The position numbers and the translations under genes are program-made. Shown piece by piece: positions 9,987-19,041 of a stretch of DNA of 64,000 bases. How positions within the stretch are numbered: position 1 is the first letter of the stretch; the number at the start of each line of letters is the position of its first letter. Below the pieces are notes generated by a model that worked only from the letters and a program-made list of their open reading frames with translations, searched no databases and was not told the origin of the DNA. Location of the stretch: positions 48,225 to 112,224 of the forward strand of contig CANLSF010000010.1 of the NCBI GenBank assembly GCA_947493695.1, read 5' to 3'. This DNA comes from an uncultured Kiloniellaceae bacterium. Its GTDB lineage: Bacteria > Pseudomonadota > Alphaproteobacteria > Kiloniellales > Kiloniellaceae.

Positions 9987-10775
9987 GTGAAACTTGCGCT
10001 CTATCAGGGCCCCTCGCCCGCCGGAAATCCGGAAGCCGCCTTCGCCACCATCGAGGGCAAGCTTCTGGCGGCGGCGGCCGCCGGGGCAGACATGATGGTC
10101 TTCCCGGAGCTCTTTCTGCCTGGCTACAATCAGCCTAAGCTGCATCCCTCCCTGGCTCAATCGCAAGGCGGGCCATGGGAGGGGCGGCTTGCGTCACTCG
10201 CGAAATCTGCCAACTGCGGCCTAACCGTAGGCTGGGTCGAGCGGGATGGCGATCATCTCTACAACAGCGCCAGCGCCTTCGATGCTGAAGGAAGGCGGCT
10301 TGCGCACTATCGAAAACTGCAGCTTTACGGCGAGATGGAGCGATCTGTTTTTACGCCGGGAAGTGACTACGTGCTCTTCGAGCTTGGTGGAGTCCAAACC
10401 GGCTTATTGATCTGTTACGACATAGAATTCGCGGCGCACTGCCGGGCCATGAGAGAACGCGGCGCGGAGCTTCTGCTGGTTCCCACGGCCAACCCTGCGG
10501 GCTTTGAGCACGTTCCCGATGTGCTGCTGCCCGCACGCGCCATCGAAACCAACATGACCATCGCCTACGCCAACTACTGCGGCCAGGACAACGGATTGAG
10601 CTTCGGCGGACGTTCTCTTCTGATCGGCCCGGACGGTGTAGATCTGGCCAGGGCAGGTCACGGCGAAACACTCCTCATCACGGATCTGAATGGCGGCACC
10701 AACATCGATCCCACGCGCATCAGTGCGCAATTAAAAGACTTCAGGGAGGCAACAGGGACCCATGACCAACTTTAA
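9987..10775 (+). CDS. carbon-nitrogen hydrolase (nitrilase superfamily amidase)
   Basis: 262 aa. PELFLPGY (Glu region) and the catalytic Cys context GLLICYDIEF. GTG start. Confidence 0.85.
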   Translation: MKLALYQGPSPAGNPEAAFATIEGKLLAAAAAGADMMVFPELFLPGYNQPKLHPSLAQSQGGPWEGRLASLAKSANCGLTVGWVERDGDHLYNSASAFDAEGRRLAHYRKLQLYGEMERSVFTPGSDYVLFELGGVQTGLLICYDIEFAAHCRAMRERGAELLLVPTANPAGFEHVPDVLLPARAIETNMTIAYANYCGQDNGLSFGGRSLLIGPDGVDLARAGHGETLLITDLNGGTNIDPTRISAQLKDFREATGTHDQL

Positions 10776-12135
10776 TCCGACCCTCACGACCGACGAGATT
10801 CTGACCAAGGATGCGCATCTGATTCAGTCCTTCGCCAATCTCGATGCCCTGAAACAGGACAGTGCGCGCACCGCCATCGTCCGCGGCAAAGGCGCCTATG
10901 TATACGACAGCGAGGGCAACGAGCTGATCGATGGTATCGGCGGCCTTTGGTGCGTGAACGTGGGACACGGCCGGCAGGAGATCATCGACGCGGTCACCGC
11001 GCAGCTTCAACAGCTCGACTACTATTCGACCTTCTACAACTTCACACATCCCGCTGCGGCGCAGCTCGCGGCGAAGATCGCCTCCCTGGCCCCCGGCAAT
11101 CTGAACAACGTCTACTTCAGTAACTCCGGCTCGGTTGCCAACGACACCGCCATAAGGATGCTGCACCACTACAACAATCGCCTGGGTCGCCCGAACAAGA
11201 AAAAGGTCCTGTCGCGCATCGGTGCCTATCACGGCTCGACCCATCTGGCGATGGCCATGACCACCCCACTTTACAGCGAAGGCTGGGACACTGCCGCCGA
11301 AGGGCTGGTGCACCACCTCAAGTGCCCGAACGCCTATCGCGAAGCCGGTGACATGACTGAAACGGAGTTTCTCGACTCTCTGCTCGACGACCTCCGTACA
11401 ACCATCGAACAGCTGGGTGCGGAAAACATTGCCTGCTTCGTTGCCGAACCGGTCATGGGTGCAGGTGGCGTCATCGTCCCGCCTGTCGGATATCACAAGC
11501 GCATGGCCGATATCTGTGCTGAACACGAGATCAAGTTTATCGCCGACGAAGTCGTGACCGCCTTCGGGCGTCTCGGGCACATGTTCGCCTCAGAAGACGT
11601 CTATGCTACGCAACCTGATATCATCAACACGGCAAAAGGCCTGACCTCCGGGTATCAGCCTCTGGCGGCAACCATCGTTTCCGACGAGATCTACGATGTT
11701 ATCTCTGCCCCCGGCGCCATGTTCCTCCATGGCATGACCTACTCCGGACATCCGGCGGCCGCAGCAGCGGGCCTCGCCAACATCGGCATCATGGAAAGCG
11801 AAGGCCTCCCCCAGCAGGTTCAGACCACCGGCAAATTTTTTGAGAACACTCTACGTGGGCTGGAAGACATGGAGATCGTCGGAGAGGTCCGCGGCAGCCA
11901 CTTCATGATAGGAATCGAATTCGTAAAAGACAAAGAAACCAAGGAGGTCTTTGCCGACGAGCATCAGGTCGGATTGCGCATCGCCCAGGCGGCCCAAAAG
12001 CGTGGCCTCATTGCCCGCCCGCTTGGCAACATCGCCATCCTCTCACCGACTCTGATCCTGACGGAAGAAGAAATCACCCGGATCGGCAGCATTCTGCGTG
12101 AGAGTATCGATGAGGTCACGCAGGCCATCCGGTAA
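10762..12135 (+). CDS. class-III (omega) aminotransferase, putrescine/beta-alanine:pyruvate type
   Basis: 457 aa. Contains GGLWCVNVGHG, ADEVVTAFGRLG and the PLP-Lys context INTAKGLTSGYQPL. Overlaps the hydrolase gene by 14 nt. Confidence 0.9.
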   Translation: MTNFNPTLTTDEILTKDAHLIQSFANLDALKQDSARTAIVRGKGAYVYDSEGNELIDGIGGLWCVNVGHGRQEIIDAVTAQLQQLDYYSTFYNFTHPAAAQLAAKIASLAPGNLNNVYFSNSGSVANDTAIRMLHHYNNRLGRPNKKKVLSRIGAYHGSTHLAMAMTTPLYSEGWDTAAEGLVHHLKCPNAYREAGDMTETEFLDSLLDDLRTTIEQLGAENIACFVAEPVMGAGGVIVPPVGYHKRMADICAEHEIKFIADEVVTAFGRLGHMFASEDVYATQPDIINTAKGLTSGYQPLAATIVSDEIYDVISAPGAMFLHGMTYSGHPAAAAAGLANIGIMESEGLPQQVQTTGKFFENTLRGLEDMEIVGEVRGSHFMIGIEFVKDKETKEVFADEHQVGLRIAQAAQKRGLIARPLGNIAILSPTLILTEEEITRIGSILRESIDEVTQAIR

Positions 12136-12407
12136 TGGTAGATCCGCGAACCGGAATGCCCGTCTAAAAACAGAAGTAGCGGGTCATATCAAGAAGATCA
12201 TTACGCGTATTTTGTTTTGAAACAGCTGTGAGTTTAAAATTACCACTGATCCAACCAAGGTCGAGTGACTGCTAGTTTCGATTTTTTTTGACTAATAATT
12301 TCAACATGCTAGATCTGCCTACAGAATCTCGCCGATGTTTTTTCTTGGACGCCAACTCCCGTATAACGGGATGAGCTCCATCCTTGGCGACCTTGCGGAG
12401 ATTTGGC

Positions 12408-12638
12408 ATGCAGATCGATCTGACCGACGACCGAAAGGCCTTGTTCCAAGGCCAACTTCAGTCATTGTTCCGCGACGAGTTCGACGAAGAGCTATCGGAG
12501 TTTCGTGCAAACGAAATTCTTGAGCTCGCAATCAAAACGCTCTGCCCTGACGTCTACAATCAGGCGGTACAGGACGTCCGTGCGCACCTGCAGGTCAAGC
12601 TCGATGATCTCGACGGAGAGGTTTACGTGGACAGCTAA
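12408..12638 (+). CDS. DUF2164-like small protein
   Basis: 76 aa from MQIDLTDDRKALFQGQLQSLFRDEFDEELSEFRANEILE... I recognise the pattern from memory as DUF2164. GGAG lies 7 nt upstream of ATG 12408, so I prefer it to the track start at 12384. Confidence 0.6.
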   Translation: MQIDLTDDRKALFQGQLQSLFRDEFDEELSEFRANEILELAIKTLCPDVYNQAVQDVRAHLQVKLDDLDGEVYVDS

Positions 12639-12705
12639 GGCGAACTTAGGCAGTCGTGTTGTCTGCAATTGAACTTCGCCCGAAACCTTAGGTAGGCCAA
12701 GGAAT

Positions 12706-13089
12706 ATGACCCAGACCATCGCAATGATTGCAGGTCCCTATCTGCTCGTGACAGGTCTCGGATTCTTGTTTTCGTCCGATTTTTACCAGCGGATGATAAT
12801 AGACAGTGTCAACGCCGACCGCATGCTCATCAATCTCTCGGGGGCTGTGCATTTTGTGGTCGGCCTCGTCATTCTGGCTCAACATTTTCAATGGTCGACG
12901 GCACCGGAAATTGTCGTCTCAATGGTCGGTGTCGGCGCCACTGCAAAAGGCACAACACTCATCGCGATTCCACAGTTAGCTCTTAAATCGCCACAGTCAT
13001 CCGGGGCCGGCCTCAGATTTTCTGCCGCGGGCTTCCTGGCTGTCGGTGGTTATCTAGCGTATGTCGGTTATCTCGCCGATTTCTCCTGA
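12706..13089 (+). CDS. small integral membrane protein (about 4 TM), unknown function
   Basis: 127 aa with hydrophobic segments throughout. AAGGAA SD-like sequence precedes the ATG. Confidence 0.6.
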   Translation: MTQTIAMIAGPYLLVTGLGFLFSSDFYQRMIIDSVNADRMLINLSGAVHFVVGLVILAQHFQWSTAPEIVVSMVGVGATAKGTTLIAIPQLALKSPQSSGAGLRFSAAGFLAVGGYLAYVGYLADFS

Positions 13090-13113
13090 ACACACTTTTG
13101 AAAAGATCAGTCT

Positions 13114-13503
13114 ATGTCGAAGAAAACCAGGCCGCTCTCGCCCCACGTGCAGATCTACCGCCTCCAGTGGACGATGCTGCTCTCGATCACACATCGCATT
13201 ACCGGCCTTGCGCTCGCCTTCGGGAGCCTGCTCCTGATCTATTGGCTGGCTGCGGCAGCTAGCGGCCCTGAGGCCTTTGCAACGGCACAGACGATTGTTG
13301 GGTCTGTCATAGGACGGCTTCTTCTCTTCGGTTGGAGCTTTGCGCTCTTCTATCATCTCTGCAACGGCATTCGTCATCTCTTCTGGGACGCAGGCCACGG
13401 CTACGAGTTGACAACCGCCTACCGCTCGGGTCTGGCTGTGATCGCGGTCAGCCTAGCGTTTACGCTACTGACCTGGGCGATCGGATACGGCCTGATCGTT
13501 TAG
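13114..13503 (+). CDS. sdhC: succinate dehydrogenase cytochrome b556 subunit (SdhC family), with no sdhDAB nearby
   Basis: 129 aa. RPLSPHVQIYR, SITHRITG and the heme-His context FYHLCNGIRHLFWD are typical of SdhC. Confidence 0.8.
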   Translation: MSKKTRPLSPHVQIYRLQWTMLLSITHRITGLALAFGSLLLIYWLAAAASGPEAFATAQTIVGSVIGRLLLFGWSFALFYHLCNGIRHLFWDAGHGYELTTAYRSGLAVIAVSLAFTLLTWAIGYGLIV

Positions 13504-14397
13504 GCAGTCTAAGTCCGCGACTTCACCCAGAATCCAGTCCCGAAATGAACGTATTTTTTGCGTGCTGCGCCGGTTTTCCGGGTACACCAACCAATAGCGT
13601 TGTCCATCATCGCAAGTGAGATCGAAAGGCTGAAAGAGCTGACCCTGACTGATCGCGTCGAGATAAAAGCTGCGGGTCAGAATTCCCACGCCATGACCGG
13701 CAATCGCCGCGTTGGCCTCCAGGATCTGTGAGCCGAATTGCAGGCTTGGACGCTCTGTAAGCTGGGCATCGGGTATTCCGGCAGCCGCAAACCAAACCGG
13801 CCACCAGGGATCCGAGGGTTCTATGATCGGCAGCTTGAGAAGGTCTTCAGGTGTATGAACGCCGCCGATGCTTTCCGCCAGCTTCGGGCTCAGCATAGGC
13901 GTGAAGACCGCGGGCATAAGCATATCGCATTTTAAACCGGGTTGTGCGACCTCCAGTCCCGAGCGAATCGCAACGTCGACATCTTCGGTCGAGAAGTCAG
14001 ACAGTGCCTGAGTGACCTCGACACGCACCGCCAGCGATGGATGGTCAATCTGGAAACACCCAAGCCGCTGTGCGAGGAAGTTGGTGGCGAAGGTCGGGAT
14101 TGCACTGATCACAAGCGTTTCATCGCCCCGGCCTCTGGCTTCGGCATAAGCATCGCGCAAGAGATCAAGGCTTTCGCTCGCCCGTCGCGCAAAGCGTCCC
14201 CCGGCGTGGGTAAGTTCTACGCCCCGCGCCTGTCGCAGGAAGAGCGGCGCCCCCACCCGATCCTCCAGGACTTTGATCTGGTAGCTCACAGCGGCCTGAG
14301 TCATCCCAAGTTCTTCGGCAGCCTTGGTGAAACTGCCATGCCGTGCAGCGGCTTCAAAGGCTCTTGTCGCAGCCAGTGGGGGAAGTGGTGAGCGCAT
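13465..14397 (-). CDS. LysR-family transcriptional regulator (GcvA-like)
   Basis: 310 aa. N-terminal HTH FTKAAEELGMTQAAVSYQIKVLE. Its 3' end overlaps the sdhC 3' end by 39 nt. Confidence 0.9.
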   Translation of the reverse strand: MRSPLPPLAATRAFEAAARHGSFTKAAEELGMTQAAVSYQIKVLEDRVGAPLFLRQARGVELTHAGGRFARRASESLDLLRDAYAEARGRGDETLVISAIPTFATNFLAQRLGCFQIDHPSLAVRVEVTQALSDFSTEDVDVAIRSGLEVAQPGLKCDMLMPAVFTPMLSPKLAESIGGVHTPEDLLKLPIIEPSDPWWPVWFAAAGIPDAQLTERPSLQFGSQILEANAAIAGHGVGILTRSFYLDAISQGQLFQPFDLTCDDGQRYWLVYPENRRSTQKIRSFRDWILGEVADLDCLNDQAVSDRPGQ

Positions 14398-14708
14398 AAT
14401 ACATAAATTCTCCTTATGCCTTATACGTCACATTCAATTGGAGAACAATCTGTCGATACGCCATCTCTGTCTTGCCGGACAGTAAAAGGAATATCCGATG
14501 GCGACAGCACGAGCCCCCTCACTACCCAAGTCTATCTGGGGGAAAATCATACGAAAGATTGCATTAAAACGCGCCCGTTCTCGCAAAAGAAAGCTCGGCA
14601 AGCTCTCTCTGGCTCACGTGCGTGAATTACCTGAGCATACAAAAAGAGATATTGGTTGGATTAATATGTAACAGCGTGATGGCGCGACGAGGTAACTGCG
14701 GGAAGGAA

Positions 14709-15314
14709 TCAGCGGTGAGACCAGTTATCCGGATCATCCGAATCGTTCGGCGACAGCCCAATCTCGTCACCTTCCGTATTGATCCCAAGCCCCAGAACAG
14801 TCCGATTCGCATAGGCGAAATAGCTGACCACCTGATTGATCTCGAGGATTTCACCGTCATCCAGGCCGGCCGTTCGCAAATCTCGAACTGCCCCCTCGTC
14901 GATACCGCGCGGGTCGAGCGTAAGCGCTTTCGCATATTCTGCGGCGGCCAATTCGCGGCCGGCAAGCGCATCTTCCGGACGCCCCTGCTCCAACGCACTG
15001 CGAATGGTATCGCCTCGCGTTTCATCCCCCAGCAGCCGCTGCAGGCCCTGGAAATGATGTTCGACACAATAGGCGCAGCCGTTCAGCAGGCTGACATAAA
15101 CGCCTATAATCTCCAGCAGGGACTTCGGCAGCTTGTTTGCAGAATGATGGAGCACGTTTTTGTAGAGGGCCATATGACCCTCCATCGAATGCGGCCGCAG
15201 GCTATGGGCCATCATGATGTTGTCGACGTTATCATCCGGGCCCTTGACCCGGTCGTAGAGCGTTCGCAGCCTGCCGGCGGCTTCGCGATAAGAAACGGTG
15301 GTAATCCAAGTCAT
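14709..15314 (-). CDS. carboxymuconolactone decarboxylase / AhpD-like peroxidase-related protein
   Basis: 201 aa. CxxC in LNGCAYCVEHH and an N-terminus of the peroxidase-related type (ITTVSYREAAGRLRTLYDRV). Confidence 0.75.
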   Translation of the reverse strand: MTWITTVSYREAAGRLRTLYDRVKGPDDNVDNIMMAHSLRPHSMEGHMALYKNVLHHSANKLPKSLLEIIGVYVSLLNGCAYCVEHHFQGLQRLLGDETRGDTIRSALEQGRPEDALAGRELAAAEYAKALTLDPRGIDEGAVRDLRTAGLDDGEILEINQVVSYFAYANRTVLGLGINTEGDEIGLSPNDSDDPDNWSHR

Positions 15315-15375
15315 GGAGAAGGCTTATATCGGAGTTAGGGTTTGACGGAAAGCCCGTGCTCCTCGAGGTGGCCGA

Positions 15376-15753
15376 CTACTTTGTGTTGTCGGCGATCGCC
15401 TTTTCGAAATCTCTATATTTGTCATCCGTCACATTGATCGTGATGATCAGACACAAGCTGTTTCGAATTCTGCCGAGCTGTTTTGATGAGGAAGCCGGCA
15501 GGGGGATATTCGTCGAACGGCAAAAACCAACCAGGGCCGATAATACTTCATCCTCGGTCCAGTCCAACATGATCGGCTCAGATGAGCGATCAGGCGCAAT
15601 CGTGATACTGACTTTGACACCGGGCCGGCTGTCTTGCGTGATGCTGTGAACGGTGCCGGAAGGCAAGGCACCGCCTTTACCTTGGTGCGCTGTTATCAGC
15701 GCCCGGGAGAGCTCCTGGGTTGAAAAGATAACGTAGCGAACTTCCGCTACCAT
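15376..15753 (-). CDS. hypothetical protein, no recognised family
   Basis: 125-aa ORF. SD GGGAG lies about 9 nt upstream of ATG 15753. It sits 61 nt upstream of the CMD gene. Confidence 0.5.
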   Translation of the reverse strand: MVAEVRYVIFSTQELSRALITAHQGKGGALPSGTVHSITQDSRPGVKVSITIAPDRSSEPIMLDWTEDEVLSALVGFCRSTNIPLPASSSKQLGRIRNSLCLIITINVTDDKYRDFEKAIADNTK

Positions 15754-16793
15754 CGTTGTCGCTCCCGCAAAATCCGCTTCATCCCGCTTCCCTAAGCTTT
15801 TCTTGTTACTTGAATTTATGCCGACGCAACGACGAGCATCAGACTAGTCGCATATCCTGAATAAATCCCTTTCAATCCGATTTTGACACATCCGACAAGG
15901 AAATAGATTAATTTCCACAACCTAGAAAATTGAATTTTCTTGCTAAAATTGAAAATTAACTCTGTTTGCCGTTCGCTCAGAACTCTCCCAGCCTCTCGGT
16001 ATTCAGCTTGCAACCAAGGCCAGTCATGACAGGCAAGCATGAGTCGAAGCGAAGGTCAAACCGGCCTCGTTCGCAAACGTGCTGCCGGTTCGCAATATTC
16101 ACCATTTAGTGTAAATTTCTTCCTCTCTCCTCACTTCAACTTACTGCTCTTTGTCTCATGGCAGCATAGGCTACAGGGGCTTGAACAAGGGCTTTTGAGG
16201 AAAAAAAAGGATAACTGCGAACAACTACTTAACGTAGATTTCTACAACCCAAAGGCTGTCACGCCACACGACGACGTTGGCACTCCGCCCGCGCAAAAAG
16301 ATCGAAAGTAATCGAGAAGATGATCGATTTCCGTTTAGCAGGTGAAACCGGATTCATTTTCACGTCCTCCGGTAGCACTACGAAACCTCCAGAGTTAGAA
16401 AAACAAAATTAACTTCATTTTTTCGTAAAACCGGAAAAAAGCAGACGTCGCGCACGCGATTCCACATTCAACGATACGTTGCCAACTAACAGCCATGAAT
16501 ACGGCTGTTCGCCCTGAAGCGCCGTGCCGACACCACGTTGCGGTACCAAGCACACTAACATTTTGATATTTATTATTATTCTACTCTTAACAACTGCGCA
16601 AAAATCCATTTCTGATGAGGTTAGGCGTCAGCAACAGAATCGACGTGCCGAGCAGGGAAGAGTCTGAGCGCGTTATTGTTACTGACAGCGCTGCGTTTTT
16701 CAGTCTAAATCCCAACCCTCAGACTCTCCCCAACGCGCCTTTCGAGGCCAGCTTCCGCAACGAATCGCCAATTTTTCCCGTCTATGCCCCTTA

Positions 16794-17576
16794 ATGGTTG
16801 AACTCGCTCCACATGAACCCGACGCGGTCGAAGTCGTCCGCGCTCAGGGAAGCTCGCCGTTTTTCCTGATCTGTGACCATGCCAGCAAACGTATCCCGGA
16901 TGCACTTGGTCGCCTTGGCTTACCGGACCAAGAAATCGAGCGGCATATCGGATGGGATATCGGTGCCGCAGCGGTCGCGCGGCGTCTTTCGCACTCCCTC
17001 GACGCGACGCTGGTTTTACAGAATTACTCGCGTCTCGTCGTTGACTGCAACCGGCATCCGCACGTCGAATCCGCCATCCCTGCCGTCAGCGAAGCAACCG
17101 CCGTACCGGGCAACGCCGGGATCAGCGCGGAGGCCGCAACGCAACGGGTGGAAAAGATATTCACGCCCTACCATTCAACGATTTCAGCGCTGCTGGATGA
17201 CAGGGAAACCCGCCGACAGCGCAGCGTTCTGGTCGCAATTCACAGTTTCACGCCGGTCTATCATGGTGAAACCCGCCCATGGCATATCGGGATTCAATAC
17301 AATCGTGATCCGGCACTCAGCCACTGCATGCTTGTTGAACTCGCCCGAGACGAAAGTCTTTGTATCGGCAACAACAAGCCTTATTCGGTTAGTAACGAGA
17401 CCGACTACAGCATTCCCGTTCACGCCGAAGGGCGCGACCTGCCATACCTTCTGATCGAAGTGCGCCACGATCTGATCGAAGATGAGGCCGGTCAGGCGCT
17501 TTGGGCTCAACACCTGATCGAACATCTGACCGCAGCCCTTGCGCGCTTCGACTCGCAGAAACCCGCCGCGCCATGA
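16794..17576 (+). CDS. N-formylglutamate amidohydrolase (FGase) family protein
   Basis: 260 aa. FLICDHAS N-terminal motif, with length and pattern typical of the FGase family. Confidence 0.75.
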   Translation: MVELAPHEPDAVEVVRAQGSSPFFLICDHASKRIPDALGRLGLPDQEIERHIGWDIGAAAVARRLSHSLDATLVLQNYSRLVVDCNRHPHVESAIPAVSEATAVPGNAGISAEAATQRVEKIFTPYHSTISALLDDRETRRQRSVLVAIHSFTPVYHGETRPWHIGIQYNRDPALSHCMLVELARDESLCIGNNKPYSVSNETDYSIPVHAEGRDLPYLLIEVRHDLIEDEAGQALWAQHLIEHLTAALARFDSQKPAAP

Positions 17577-17649
17577 TAGTTCTTTCAATATTCCAAAAAT
17601 AAGGCGTCGCGAAGATGCCGTGCCAATAGATGTACCAGGGGAACTGAAA

Positions 17650-19017
17650 ATGAATCCACGTAATGTAAAAACCGCTGCGGACGCCCGTAGCATCGTTGAA
17701 GAACGCGGGCTGGAGCACGTAAAGGTCGGCATTTTCGATGTCGATGGCGTTTTGCGCGGCAAGTACATGTCAAAAGAGAAGTTTTTCTCGGCACTGGAAA
17801 GTGGCTTCGGCTTCTGCGATGTGATCATTGGCTGGGATTCCAATGATCAGCTGTACGATAATGTGTCCATCACCGGGTGGGACACCGCCTACCCCGATGC
17901 CACGGTGCGGGTCATCCCTGAAAGCTGCCGCGAACTCCCGATGGAGGATGGCGCGCTGTTGTTCCTGGCGGAGTTCACCGGCCGCGCTGAAGCCGTCTGC
18001 CCTCGGGGCACACTGCGCCGCGTGCTGGAGCGAGCTGAAGCCATGGGCTTCTCTGCGACCGCCGCCTGCGAGTTCGAGTTCTTTCTGTTCGACGAGACGC
18101 CGGAGTCTGTGCGCGAAAAGAATTACCGCAACATGACGAACATCACCCCGGGTTTCTTCGGCTACTCCATGCTGCGCAATTCAGTCCAGGCCGAATTCTA
18201 CGAAGACCTTCTCTCCATGTGCCAGGAAATGGACATGCCGATCGAAGGCCTGCACACCGAGACCGGCCCCGGTGTTCTGGAAGCCGCCATCGGATACGAC
18301 AGCGCTCTGGAAGCCGCCGACAAAGCCGCCCTCTTCAAAACCTACACCAAAATCCTCGCCCAGCGCCGCGACTGGATGGCGACCTTCATGGCGAAATGGT
18401 CACCCGACTGGCCCGGGCAGTCCGGCCATATTCATATTTCCCTGCAGGGTAAAAAGGGAAAGGCGGTCTTCCACGACCCAAAGAAACCGCACAACATCAG
18501 CGACACCATGCGCCATTTCATCGGCGGGCAGCAGGCCCTGATGCCCGAACTCCTCTCGATGATCGCGCCGACGGTCAACAGCTTCACCCGGCTGATCCCG
18601 GGCTTCTGGGCCCCGACTGATGCCGGCTGGGGAATCGAAAACCGCACCTGCGCTCTTCGGGCGATCCCAGGTAAACCCCTGGCGCAACGGGTTGAGTACC
18701 GACTTGCCGCCGCTGATATCAATCCCTATATCGCGGTCGCGGGCGCCATCGCCTCCGGCCTTTGGGGTATCGAAAACAAAATCGAGCCGGACGATCCGAT
18801 TGAAGGAAATGCGTACGAACACAAGTTCCCGGCCAAGCGCAAACTGCCCGCCACATTGATGGAAGCAGCCGGCCGCTTGCGTAAATCGAAGCCCGCACGG
18901 GAACTCTTTGGCGACACATTCGTGGAACATTACGCCGCGACGCGCGAATGGGAAGAACGCGAATTCCGCAAGGCCATCACCGATTGGGAGATGCAGCGTT
19001 ACTTCGAAATCATCTGA
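17650..19017 (+). CDS. glutamine-synthetase-family protein (gamma-glutamyl-amine synthetase-like)
   Basis: VGIFDVDGVLRGKY beta-grasp region, WPGQSGHIHISL and NRTCALRAIPG. I prefer ATG 17650, because the track start at 17539 would overlap the FGase gene. Confidence 0.85.
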   Translation: MNPRNVKTAADARSIVEERGLEHVKVGIFDVDGVLRGKYMSKEKFFSALESGFGFCDVIIGWDSNDQLYDNVSITGWDTAYPDATVRVIPESCRELPMEDGALLFLAEFTGRAEAVCPRGTLRRVLERAEAMGFSATAACEFEFFLFDETPESVREKNYRNMTNITPGFFGYSMLRNSVQAEFYEDLLSMCQEMDMPIEGLHTETGPGVLEAAIGYDSALEAADKAALFKTYTKILAQRRDWMATFMAKWSPDWPGQSGHIHISLQGKKGKAVFHDPKKPHNISDTMRHFIGGQQALMPELLSMIAPTVNSFTRLIPGFWAPTDAGWGIENRTCALRAIPGKPLAQRVEYRLAAADINPYIAVAGAIASGLWGIENKIEPDDPIEGNAYEHKFPAKRKLPATLMEAAGRLRKSKPARELFGDTFVEHYAATREWEEREFRKAITDWEMQRYFEII

Positions 19018-19041
19018 TTGCCAATAACGGCGGAGGCGGCA

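Noticed and set aside
14622-15338. 238-aa plus-strand ORF overlapping the CMD gene
   Set aside because: The minus-strand frame carries the AhpD/CMD CxxC motif (GCAYCVEHH) and a family-typical N-terminus. The plus-strand product has no recognisable features.
15816-16609. Small ORFs (74, 90 and 64 aa) inside the 1-kb AT-rich tract
   Set aside because: They have no SD sequences, low-complexity or hydrophobic nonsense products, and overlapping alternative frames. I treat the region as non-coding pending transcript data.
17539-17649. Track start of the GS-like gene, 37 codons upstream
   Set aside because: It would overlap the FGase gene by 38 nt and add an Arg-rich segment. GS-family proteins start near the MNPRNVKTAADARSIVEERGLEHV-type sequence.
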